Below are positions 20,283 through 29,527 of a DNA stretch of 64,000 nt, one piece after another (position 1 is the first letter of the stretch; every line of letters starts with the position of its first letter). Made by a program: the position numbers and the translations under genes. A model generated the notes under the pieces. That model was not told the DNA's origin, did no database searches, and saw only the letters and a program-made list of their open reading frames with translations. The DNA is from an uncultured SAR86 cluster bacterium (lineage in GTDB: Bacteria; Pseudomonadota; Gammaproteobacteria; Magnimaribacterales; Magnimaribacteraceae). The stretch spans positions 53,518 to 117,517 of the forward strand of contig CABYCU010000003.1 in the NCBI GenBank assembly GCA_902517565.1, given 5' to 3'.

Positions 20283-22463
20283 ATGAATAAAATCAAGTTT
20301 ATCAGAGTTTTAGTTTTAGGATTAGTGATATCTTTAAACCAGATATTAGCTGAAGATGACGTACAAGAAGTAGTTGTTATATCTTCGAAATATCCCGTTC
20401 CCTTGGAAGAAGTAGTTGGTAGTGTGGACTCTATATCACTCGAAGACCTAGAAACTAGAATGGTTAGTGATCTTGGAGATATGCTGGATAAAACTATAGG
20501 CGTATCTGTTTCAAAGAGAAATGTTTCTGGAAGGGCATACAACGATGGTATCTCTATCCGTGGCTTAGGCGGTAAAAGGGTTAACATTTTAATTGATGGC
20601 ATCAGAGTAGCAGAAGCTTATACCGGATACGGAAGAGATGTTGTTGATGTAGATCTCTTAAAACGAGTCGAAATTCTAAAAGGTCCTAGTTCAGCTTTAT
20701 ACGGTTCAGATGGACTTGCTGGAGCCGTTTCTTATATTACAAAAGATCCAAGTGATTTAGCCGAATTTGGGCAGAATTATTTTTCAGTAAATACTTCTTA
20801 TGACGAAGATAATGAACAAACCAAAGTAGGCCTTCTAGCAGCTAGAGTAGGGGAAAGCGTGGAGAGCTTAATCCAGATAACTACAAGAGAACTTAGCCAA
20901 GTTGAATTGCATGATGACGCCACTCAAGAACTTGACCCTTTTGATGGAGAGCAATTGAGTGTATTGGCTAAATTTAAATTAAGTCTGTCTGATTCGGTAG
21001 GACTGACTTTAACTTTAGATTCTCAAGAATTTGAGGGTGATTATATTTTTAAGTCTCAAGCAGGTATGAGTTATTTTCCAGATGTTGTTAGTGCATCGAA
21101 CGTCTTAGGTGTTGATGATGGCAATAGAGATAGAGGAACATTATCTCTTGATTTCAGTAATGAAACTTCTATGTTTGATAATGGTTCAATAAGATTTTAT
21201 GTTCAGGAAACTGATCAAAAGCAAATTACAACAAGATCTAAAACTTACTTTGCTGCAGGACCTCCAACGATGGTTAATGCTTATAGAGATTATCAATTTA
21301 ATCAGGATATAGACGGGTTTTCCGCCGATTTCTTTAAGTCAATCAATAATAATGGAAGACTACATAATATTGTTTATGGATTTGAAATAGAAAATATTGA
21401 AATTCAACGTCCAAGGATAAGATACGAAACCAACCTTATGACTGGAGCCGTAAATACCTTTCTTGGTGGAGAGTACTATCCAAATAAAACTATTCCTGAT
21501 ACTGAGATAGAGAGACAGAGCTTCTTTTTCAATGACAGGCTTGAACTTAATGAGAAAACAACCATTGTTTTCGGAGCTCGATATGATGGTTACGAACTTA
21601 CTCCTACACCTGACGATTTATTCTATGCAAATGCCCAATCTACGAACGAACTTTATTTTATAGATGATAGTGAGGTTTCTATGAAGTTAGGTTTCTTGAG
21701 AAATCTATCTGAAGAAGTTTCGTTTTATGCGCAGTATGCTGAAGGTTTCAGAGCACCAGATTTTCAAAGCGCTAACCTTAGTTTCACTAATTTAGCTTTC
21801 CGTTATGCTGTTGGTACTAGCACTGGTTTGCAGCCTGAAGAAAGTGAAGGTTACGAATTTGGCTTCAAAGGAGCAACTGATAACATGTCTTGGACTTTGT
21901 CATTTTATGATAATGATTATGAAAACTTCATAGATACTTATATCACAGGGAGAAGTCCACAAGGCATCACCCTATATGAATATGGAAATCTTGATGAGGT
22001 TGAGATTAAGGGTGTTGAATTTGAAATGAATGCTGACCTTTCAGATAACTTACAGGCATCTTTAGGCTTTAGCGTCCCAGATGGCAATAAAAATGGTGAG
22101 CAGCTCGTATCTATAGATTCGGAAGAAGCGATATTAGGTTTAGTATGGAACTCCAATAGCGGTAAATTGAAACTCAGTGGTTACGCTAACATTACTGCTG
22201 GAAGTCATGATAATTTACCTCCATCTTGTGGAAGGAGTGGTTGTAACCCTCTACTGGCCTTACCTGGAACAACGACAATAGATGTTTATGGAAGTTATGA
22301 ATTAACTTCAAATCTCAAACTTAGGTTTGCAATAAGGAATCTAACTGACGAAAGTTACTGGAACTGGGCATCCGTCCAAGGAAAGAGTTCTACTGACACT
22401 AATTTAGATATCTTTATGGAACCTGGAAGAAACATGAGTATGGGACTGAAATACGATTTCTAG
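20283..22463 (+). CDS. TonB-dependent receptor, probably heme/hemoprotein
   Basis: Signal peptide, EVVVI TonB box, RVEILKGPSSALYGSDGLAG plug, FRAP motif, C-terminal KYDF; heme-locus context. Confidence 0.88.
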   Translation: MNKIKFIRVLVLGLVISLNQILAEDDVQEVVVISSKYPVPLEEVVGSVDSISLEDLETRMVSDLGDMLDKTIGVSVSKRNVSGRAYNDGISIRGLGGKRVNILIDGIRVAEAYTGYGRDVVDVDLLKRVEILKGPSSALYGSDGLAGAVSYITKDPSDLAEFGQNYFSVNTSYDEDNEQTKVGLLAARVGESVESLIQITTRELSQVELHDDATQELDPFDGEQLSVLAKFKLSLSDSVGLTLTLDSQEFEGDYIFKSQAGMSYFPDVVSASNVLGVDDGNRDRGTLSLDFSNETSMFDNGSIRFYVQETDQKQITTRSKTYFAAGPPTMVNAYRDYQFNQDIDGFSADFFKSINNNGRLHNIVYGFEIENIEIQRPRIRYETNLMTGAVNTFLGGEYYPNKTIPDTEIERQSFFFNDRLELNEKTTIVFGARYDGYELTPTPDDLFYANAQSTNELYFIDDSEVSMKLGFLRNLSEEVSFYAQYAEGFRAPDFQSANLSFTNLAFRYAVGTSTGLQPEESEGYEFGFKGATDNMSWTLSFYDNDYENFIDTYITGRSPQGITLYEYGNLDEVEIKGVEFEMNADLSDNLQASLGFSVPDGNKNGEQLVSIDSEEAILGLVWNSNSGKLKLSGYANITAGSHDNLPPSCGRSGCNPLLALPGTTTIDVYGSYELTSNLKLRFAIRNLTDESYWNWASVQGKSSTDTNLDIFMEPGRNMSMGLKYDF

Positions 22464-22471
22464 ATACTTAT

Positions 22472-22502
22472 AAAAAAAAAGGGCCAACAGGCCCTTTTTT
22501 TT
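22472..22502. terminator. Bidirectional intrinsic terminator
   Basis: A9-GGGCC-AACA-GGCCC-T8 just after the receptor stop. Confidence 0.9.
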
Positions 22503-22561
22503 GTTCTAGTTTTGTTAACTAGATTAGAGTTTTTGTTGTAATATGCTCGCTCCACGCAAGT

Positions 22562-22639
<78 letters not shown>

Positions 22640-22830
22640 ATCTTTATTCTTTGTTTATTTTTTTGTATCGATATAAGATCTATTAAAGTTATTAAATATA
22701 CTTTGTTATGTCTTCAAGCTCGGCTTTCAATGTCATAAAAATTGCCACTGAGCCCCAGAAAAAGAAATAACCTAATCAACAACAATGTCGTGTACAGTTC
22801 AAAAATGAATAATAATCCGAGGAATAGAAT

Positions 22831-23769
22831 ATGAAAGCAGTAGGATTGATGACACATGGCGGACCTGAGGTACTAGAAGTTCTTGAAGTACCTGAGGTGC
22901 AGGCAGGCCCCGGGCAAATTAGGATTCGTAATCATGCCTCCGCAGTTAATCCAACAGATGTTGCTGCAAGAAGTGGTTTGATGGCGCAGTTACAGAAAAA
23001 AAATCCTCCGCCATATGTTCCGGGTATGGATGCAGCAGGAGTAGTCGATCAAATAGGGGAAGGAGTCAATACAGATATCCAACTAGGAGATAATGTTATG
23101 GCCATGGTGGTGCCTAACGGAAATTACGGAGCTTATAGAGAACAGATAGTGTTAGACCAGAATGCAGTAGTTAAAGCTCCAAAAGATACATCTCATGTCG
23201 AGGCTTGCACTCTTCCAATGAATTCACTAACTGCAAGACTATCCTTGGATTTATTAAATCTAAAGGAAGGACAAGTTTTGGCTGTCACAGGTAGTCCAGG
23301 AGCTTATGGTGGTTATGTTGTTCAACTCGCCAAGGCAGGTGGTCTTACAGTTATTGCTGATTCTAATGAGTCAGATGAAAAACTACTGAAATCCTTAGGT
23401 GTCGATATTATTATTCCAAGAGGCGAGGGGTATGCCGAAAGAATAAGAGAAGAATTTCCCGAAGGTGTTGATGGAATGGCTGATGGAGCTCTGCTAAATG
23501 AACTAGCTATAGATGCGGTGAGAGATGGCGGCTCTTTTACATCTATTAGAGGATTTAAAGGGGATCCTCAGAGAGATATAGAATTCTCAACTACTTGGGT
23601 TACCGCTTATGATTGTAAGAAAGACATATTAGAAACTCTCAAAGGGCAAGCAGAAGAGGGTATTCTGACACTTAGAGTTGCGGACTCAGTGTCTATTGAA
23701 AATGCCGCCGAAGCTCATGAGAGGTTAGAAGCAGGTGGCACTAGAGGTAGGATGGTCATAGAATTCTGA
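22831..23769 (+). CDS. Zinc-independent MDR-family NADP oxidoreductase (quinone oxidoreductase-like)
   Basis: GGPEVL, AVNPTD, PGMDAAG, AHERLEAGGTRGR. Confidence 0.85.
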   Translation: MKAVGLMTHGGPEVLEVLEVPEVQAGPGQIRIRNHASAVNPTDVAARSGLMAQLQKKNPPPYVPGMDAAGVVDQIGEGVNTDIQLGDNVMAMVVPNGNYGAYREQIVLDQNAVVKAPKDTSHVEACTLPMNSLTARLSLDLLNLKEGQVLAVTGSPGAYGGYVVQLAKAGGLTVIADSNESDEKLLKSLGVDIIIPRGEGYAERIREEFPEGVDGMADGALLNELAIDAVRDGGSFTSIRGFKGDPQRDIEFSTTWVTAYDCKKDILETLKGQAEEGILTLRVADSVSIENAAEAHERLEAGGTRGRMVIEF

Positions 23770-23923
23770 TGGTACACTTGAATTATGAATGAACTCGATT
23801 CTTATATCTTTTCCAGTCCTGCTCTCAATGCTATATCAACTGCCTCTGCGGCCTTACAAGTACAATTTCAGATGCTTTCTCTAGCGATCTCTATGAGTCT
23901 GAGCCTACTGGAGAGTAGATGAT

Positions 23924-25456
23924 ATGTTGAGAAAGATAATTAAAAGTATATTTATTATTTCTCTGGCTTTTGAAACTTATGCTGAAGTTAAAGAATTAAC
24001 CATATTGCATACCAATGACTTGCATGCACATCTTTTCCCTAGAATCGCTCCCTGGATCAGTGAATCTAGAAAGATTGGAGGTTTTGCCAATCTTGCAACC
24101 CTAGTAAAACAAGAGAAGCAATTAAATCCTAACAACATCCTAATTGATGCTGGTGACTATTTCTCAGGACCCTACATTAGTACCTTAACTGAAGGTGAGG
24201 CGGTAATTAAGTCTATGAACTTCTTGGGTATAGATGCGGCCTGCATAGGTAATCACGAGTTTGATCATGGATGGGACAATATGTTGGAGCAAATTCAGAA
24301 AGCTGAATTCCCAATATTAAACGGCAATCTTTTTTTTGAAGGAACTGATCAATTGGTTTGGGATAACCCCTACTTAATTCTTGAAAGGTTAGGACTAAAA
24401 ATAGGAATAATTGGTCTTCATGGAAAATTTGCCTTTTATGACACTATCAATTTTAAAATGACAGAAGGTATTGAAGCCAGAGATGAGGAAGAGTACCTCA
24501 GGAAATATATTGAAGAACTTAAACCTATTACGGATCTTATTATTCTTGCTGTTCATCAAGGTATGCCCGGACGGCAGTCTACCGTTGGCCTTACTGATGT
24601 AGAAAGAAATCTTTATAAAGATATTCTTCTTGCTAAGAATGTTCCAGGTGTGGATATCATTGTTACGGGACATGCCCATCAAGGTACAGAAAAAGCCCTG
24701 GTTTCAAATGGGACGATTATTGTTTCAACTAATGCTACCGCAACGGAATTAGGGAAATTGCAAATTAAATATGACACTGAAAAAAAGAGAATAGTTTCTC
24801 ACTCCAATGAACTCATAACTATATTTGATGATGAGTTAGAAGATGACCCCGACATGCTTCAAGAAATCACTTTTTGGCAAGAGGAGGTAGATCAAATAGC
24901 AAAAGTTCCCGTCATACCCTTAACAAAGAAACTTGTTAGGTCTTATGGAAAAGAATCCAATATGGGAAATCTATTTGCTGATGCCATTGAGTCATTTGAT
25001 GAAAGAATCGATATAGCGGTTGTGAACAGTGGAGCACTCCGACAAGATATTGAAGCAGGGACGATTACAAAAGGAGATCTAATTTCTGCTTTTCCATTCC
25101 CGAATACTGTTGTAATGACTAAGCTAAAAGGCTCTCAGGTTAGGAAGATTTTTAATCATGCTGCCGGTATGACTAATGGGATTTTACAAGTTTCAAAGAA
25201 TGCTAAATATTCATTTACCCCAAGAGAGAAAGTTAATGATATTTGGATTAAGGGTAAGCTAATAGATGATAATTCAGAATATTGGGTTGCGGCCCCCAAT
25301 TTTGTTACACAAGGTGGCGATGGATACTGGGAATTTCAAAATTCTATAGAATATCAAGATAGTGGTATCTTAATTGTAGATGTCGCTGAAAATTATCTTA
25401 AGAACAAAGACGTATACGAACCTGAATATGGAGAGAGAGTGCAAATTATAAGGTAA
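23924..25456 (+). CDS. Secreted bifunctional metallophosphatase / 5'-nucleotidase (UshA-like)
   Basis: Signal peptide; HTNDLH, DAGD, GNHEFD, GHAH; C-terminal nucleotidase domain (NSGALR, FPFPN, GGDGY). Confidence 0.9.
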   Translation: MLRKIIKSIFIISLAFETYAEVKELTILHTNDLHAHLFPRIAPWISESRKIGGFANLATLVKQEKQLNPNNILIDAGDYFSGPYISTLTEGEAVIKSMNFLGIDAACIGNHEFDHGWDNMLEQIQKAEFPILNGNLFFEGTDQLVWDNPYLILERLGLKIGIIGLHGKFAFYDTINFKMTEGIEARDEEEYLRKYIEELKPITDLIILAVHQGMPGRQSTVGLTDVERNLYKDILLAKNVPGVDIIVTGHAHQGTEKALVSNGTIIVSTNATATELGKLQIKYDTEKKRIVSHSNELITIFDDELEDDPDMLQEITFWQEEVDQIAKVPVIPLTKKLVRSYGKESNMGNLFADAIESFDERIDIAVVNSGALRQDIEAGTITKGDLISAFPFPNTVVMTKLKGSQVRKIFNHAAGMTNGILQVSKNAKYSFTPREKVNDIWIKGKLIDDNSEYWVAAPNFVTQGGDGYWEFQNSIEYQDSGILIVDVAENYLKNKDVYEPEYGERVQIIR

Positions 25457-25541
25457 AGCAATTTATCACTTGCTGTTTGTATTACCGATCCTATATATTT
25501 CTTTGATTAACTAACTCATAATAAATTTTTCAAATAAGGCC

Positions 25542-27137
25542 ATGCAATACATTTCAAAATTAGTAATCTTCTTCCTGATCATTTTCAGTTTTAATCTAAT
25601 TGGGCACCAAGATGATGATGGTATGAAATATTCACCTGAGTTAGCTCATGCTCCTATGCCTCTTCCAGATAGAGTTGTTTTAACTTGGGAAGATGATCCT
25701 GCAACAACACAATCTGTGACTTGGCGGACTGATATTTCAACTAAGAAAGGAATGGCCCACTTAGCACTTGCTAATGCAAATGGCAGAGCATTAGAGACTG
25801 AAGAATTTATGGCTGAAACCACTTATTTCAAAAGCGATATAAATGAGGCTAACTATCACAGTATTACTTTTAGGGGACTGCAGCCAGATACGCTATACGC
25901 CTATAGAGTTGGTGATGGAGTCAATTGGACAGAGTATTACCATTTTAAAACTGCCAGTGATAGACCCAGACCTTTTAGTTTCATCTATTTCGGTGATGCT
26001 CAAAATGAGGTCCGAACTCATTGGTCTAGAGTATTTAGGGAGGCATTTAGGGATGCTCCAAGAGCAGCCTTTACACTGCATGCTGGAGATTTAATCGATA
26101 ATCCTTCATGGGATGCAGAATGGGGAGATTGGCATCAAGGCCCAGACTGGGTAAATGGAACTATTCCAGTAATAGCCACTCCAGGTAATCATGAATATTA
26201 CAGAATTAATCAAGGCCCAGAGTCAGAACGTTATTGGCAAACTAAAGAAGGTAAAACTATCGAAGTAAATATGACTGGTTTTGAAACTGAGTCTTCAGAA
26301 AAAGGTAGCATTTATAAGGTGTCATTTATTGGACCCGATGGTGACACTGCCTACTTCGAATTTAATGATGGAGGTAATATTATTCTTGTAGATGATCAGG
26401 TTGAGTCTATAACGGGGTTTAAAAAAAGTGACTTAATTGGTTCAAGTTTTTACTCTAAACCACTTTATGATCGACAAAGGGATCGTGGCACACCTGCTGT
26501 AAGCACTCATTGGCGACCGCAATTTGCCTTCCCAATTCAAGATGTTCCTGATGAAACTCTTAAAGAGACCGTTTACTATATTGATTATCAGGGTGTACGT
26601 TTTATTTCTTTAGATTCTAATAAATCCAAAGAAGCTCAAATACCATGGTTAAGAAAAGTACTGGAAGATAATCCTAATAGATGGACAATTATGACTTTCC
26701 ACCATCCCGTTTTCTCTCCAGGATCTGATAGAGATAATAAAGATATACGGGAACTCTGGAAGCCACTCATTGATGAATTTAAAGTAGATTTGGTACTAAG
26801 TGGCCATGATCATTCTTATGCACGAACTGGTCAGGTAGATACTGAAGATCTAGTTAATGTTCCAACAGGCTATCAACAGGCCTATGATCCTAAGATAGGA
26901 ACAGTTTACGTGGTATCTGTCAGTGGACCCAAGATGTATGGTATTACGAAGGGAAATTATGCTAAGAGAGTAGCCGAGAATACTCAGCTATATCAAATTA
27001 TTCATATTGACGATAAGAACTTAACTTATAAAGCTTATGAGGCTACGGGAAAACTTTATGACGAGTTCACGCTTGAAAAAAGAAATGGAATGCCCAATCT
27101 CCTTCTTGAAGCGCTCCCGCAAGAGAATAGAAGGTAA
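25542..27137 (+). CDS. Secreted purple-acid-phosphatase-like metallophosphoesterase (FN3-like + calcineurin-like domain) with ~90-aa insertion
   Basis: Signal peptide; YAYRVG FN3-like domain; GDAQ, AGDLI, GNHEY, FHHP, GHDHSY. Confidence 0.85.
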   Translation: MQYISKLVIFFLIIFSFNLIGHQDDDGMKYSPELAHAPMPLPDRVVLTWEDDPATTQSVTWRTDISTKKGMAHLALANANGRALETEEFMAETTYFKSDINEANYHSITFRGLQPDTLYAYRVGDGVNWTEYYHFKTASDRPRPFSFIYFGDAQNEVRTHWSRVFREAFRDAPRAAFTLHAGDLIDNPSWDAEWGDWHQGPDWVNGTIPVIATPGNHEYYRINQGPESERYWQTKEGKTIEVNMTGFETESSEKGSIYKVSFIGPDGDTAYFEFNDGGNIILVDDQVESITGFKKSDLIGSSFYSKPLYDRQRDRGTPAVSTHWRPQFAFPIQDVPDETLKETVYYIDYQGVRFISLDSNKSKEAQIPWLRKVLEDNPNRWTIMTFHHPVFSPGSDRDNKDIRELWKPLIDEFKVDLVLSGHDHSYARTGQVDTEDLVNVPTGYQQAYDPKIGTVYVVSVSGPKMYGITKGNYAKRVAENTQLYQIIHIDDKNLTYKAYEATGKLYDEFTLEKRNGMPNLLLEALPQENRR

Positions 27138-27165
27138 AAGCATATAGGATATCTTGCTTTGTCTT

Positions 27166-27306
27166 ATGGAAACAAAAGAAGCTTACCTTAAAAAATTAGT
27201 TAGCAGGGGTTATGATAATCCAAGATTATCCGATTTGAGTGAGTCTGCTCTTAAAGAAATCCTCAAGAACGAAGAATCTTTTTACAAAAGAAATTCAAGT
27301 GAATAA
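27166..27306 (+). CDS. Small hypothetical protein, 46 aa (below ORF-track cutoff)
   Basis: METKEAYLKKLVSRGYDNPRLSDLSESALKEILKNEESFYKRNSSE*; its stop overlaps the next GTG start (GTGAATAA). Confidence 0.55.
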   Translation: METKEAYLKKLVSRGYDNPRLSDLSESALKEILKNEESFYKRNSSE

Positions 27307-27622
27307 GTTTTTACTCTGGTTTGCTTACTTTTTAGTTTTCACCACACCTATTCAAATAATTTTTTGTCTTTGGGTTTACTCGTTTCTACTTTCTGTTGAG
27401 TATAGTCTCCTAACCTTTAGTACCTCCGACTTTATGGATTTAACTTTTCTTCGTCATATTAAAATTTGGATGTATTCATGGTTTTGGAATGATTTTTTGA
27501 ACTTTATGTTGGCCCTTCCTGCAGCCATAGTGGTTACTTTAAGACTTTTAATTAATACTTGGCTGGGTTTCTGGCTCTTACCTATTGCTAAAAAAATGAA
27601 TGAAACAAACACTTATGTTTAG
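27299..27622 (+). CDS. Hypothetical membrane protein
   Basis: Trp-rich hydrophobic segments; GTG 27299 preferred over 27239. Confidence 0.6.
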   Translation: MNKFLLWFAYFLVFTTPIQIIFCLWVYSFLLSVEYSLLTFSTSDFMDLTFLRHIKIWMYSWFWNDFLNFMLALPAAIVVTLRLLINTWLGFWLLPIAKKMNETNTYV

Positions 27623-28067
27623 ATCTTCAAAAAATATTTCTTTTCTTCTTCTTATTTTTGCTTTTAATCATTTGAGTGCTCAGAATGAGAAGGTTTCGGT
27701 GGATAAGGCCATGGATGTACTAGACACCTTTATGGAAAGTTTTAATTCAAGAGACATGGAATCTTGGTCTGAAACACTTAATTATCCTCACGTAAGATTT
27801 TCTGCAGGAAAAGTTACTGTATGGAATACAAAAGAGGATTATGCCGCAGTGAACATATTCGATAGATTAGAGGCAACGGGTTGGCACCACTCGGCTTGGG
27901 TATCAAGAGATCCAATTTTAGTCTCAAAAAACAAGGTTCATATTTCGACAGTTTTCCAGCGTTATGACAAAAATAATAAACCTATAGAGAAATATCAATC
28001 TTTGTACATAGTTACAAAAGAGAAGGACCATTGGGGGGTTAAAGCCAGATCCAGTCTAGCTCCTTAA
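27600..28067 (+). CDS. Secreted NTF2/SnoaL-like hypothetical protein
   Basis: Signal-like N-terminus; FNSRD...YPHVR...W-G-V strand pattern. Confidence 0.6.
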   Translation: MKQTLMFRSSKNISFLLLIFAFNHLSAQNEKVSVDKAMDVLDTFMESFNSRDMESWSETLNYPHVRFSAGKVTVWNTKEDYAAVNIFDRLEATGWHHSAWVSRDPILVSKNKVHISTVFQRYDKNNKPIEKYQSLYIVTKEKDHWGVKARSSLAP

Positions 28068-28176
28068 ATGCCTTTGCATAAACCTGAAGATTTCTACTCT
28101 TTATTGAAAAAAAATTGGTAGATTCAATTATTCTTTTGATGTTTGATAGAGTATTGAAGATGTACTTGGAGAAAAA

Positions 28177-29523
28177 ATGTTAGCAAAAGCTTTTAGAAAT
28201 TTCATGATCAAGCGCACCATAAGTGCCAATCTCAGAAATCGAGGCATGAATACTTTTTCAAATTATGAAATCTTTAAAAATGTCCGTTTAAGTGCAGAAA
28301 CAAAAAGACAGGAAGAAAATAGACCTCATGAAATACTCTATTTTCATAAAGTAGATGATCCTTATTCACATCTAACAATTCACTATATCGACAAGATAAA
28401 ATCTTCTTTTGATGTAATTATTAAGCCTATTTTAGTTGGGGAGGAGAACCCAGAGGCAGTTCATGAACCTTCTTTGTACAGTATCTATTGTCTAGAGGAT
28501 GCTAAACGCATTGCTCCTTTCTATGATGTAGACCTGTCCGCAGAATCTTATCCTGACAAAGAATTGATAGATTATTCTAATTCAATTCTAGCATCTGTGG
28601 AGGAGGGAGATTTCGCTGAAATAGCCAAAAAAGTAAGTTCTGCTTTATGGACCGGAAACAAACAATTTCTTGCTGCATTAAAAACACAATATCCATCAAC
28701 CCAGAGTGAGGTTATAGAAAAATTAGAATTTGGTAACAAAATCAGAAACGAAAAAGGTTATTATTTTGGTTCTGCCTTCTACTATGAGAAAGAGTTGTAT
28801 TGGGGTGTTGACCGTTTACATCATTTGGAAGATAGACTCATTGATTTAGGGGTAAAGACAGATAGTACCAATGACTCAATTTGCTTTCCCAATTTAAAAG
28901 CACCTTTGACATTAGACTCAGAGAAAAAGATAAATCTTAGTTATTACCCATCTCTTAATAGCCCTTACACCTACGCTAGTGCGAAAAGAGTTAGAGAAAT
29001 CAAAGACGAGTATCCGGTTAATCTAATTACTAAGCCTGTTCTTCCAATGTTGATGAGGAAAATGACTATTCCCGATTACAAAGGAAAGTACATAATCTCT
29101 GATGCAGCTAGAGAAGCGAGGAAGTACGGTTATCCAATGGGTTCAATTTACTCTCCTATTGGGAAGCCTGCTAGAAAAGCTTATTCGTTATTTCCCGCAG
29201 TAGATGAGGCGGGGAAGGGATTTGAATATATTGATGAATTATTAAGAGCTTCATTTTATGAAGGAATAAATATTGGAGAAGATGACTACCTCCAGTCCTT
29301 AATAACCAATCTAGATTTAGACTGGTCTTTAATTAAAAAGGATTTGAATTCTAGGAAATGGAAGAAAGTACTGGATGATAATCTTAAAGATATGTATGCA
29401 GGAAATTGTTGGGGAGTTCCAAGCTTTAAAATAACTGATATAGATGGGAATAATCCCTTTACCGTATGGGGACAGGACAGGATGTGGCTCCTTAAAGAAG
29501 AAATTAATAAACGTTTAGGCTAG
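28177..29523 (+). CDS. Two-domain DsbA/GST-kappa (2-hydroxychromene-2-carboxylate isomerase-like) protein
   Basis: Repeated motifs DDPYS...YWGVDRL and NSPYT...WGVPSF...WGQDRM. Confidence 0.8.
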   Translation: MLAKAFRNFMIKRTISANLRNRGMNTFSNYEIFKNVRLSAETKRQEENRPHEILYFHKVDDPYSHLTIHYIDKIKSSFDVIIKPILVGEENPEAVHEPSLYSIYCLEDAKRIAPFYDVDLSAESYPDKELIDYSNSILASVEEGDFAEIAKKVSSALWTGNKQFLAALKTQYPSTQSEVIEKLEFGNKIRNEKGYYFGSAFYYEKELYWGVDRLHHLEDRLIDLGVKTDSTNDSICFPNLKAPLTLDSEKKINLSYYPSLNSPYTYASAKRVREIKDEYPVNLITKPVLPMLMRKMTIPDYKGKYIISDAAREARKYGYPMGSIYSPIGKPARKAYSLFPAVDEAGKGFEYIDELLRASFYEGINIGEDDYLQSLITNLDLDWSLIKKDLNSRKWKKVLDDNLKDMYAGNCWGVPSFKITDIDGNNPFTVWGQDRMWLLKEEINKRLG

Positions 29524-29527
29524 AAAA

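Noticed and set aside
20234-20602. 122-aa minus ORF and the other 60-112 aa nested or antisense ORFs in the track
   Set aside because: They lie opposite or inside well-supported genes, have shadow-like composition and show no motifs.
22730-22748. Pho-box-like ATGTCAT-AAAAA-TTGCCAC
   Set aside because: Half-sites are 12 bp apart rather than 11, and the site precedes an oxidoreductase, not a phosphatase.
28068-28121. 17-codon ORF MPLHKPEDFYSLLKKNW with an A8 run
   Set aside because: Too short, no RBS, and shifted frames also close quickly; cannot support a gene or programmed frameshift.
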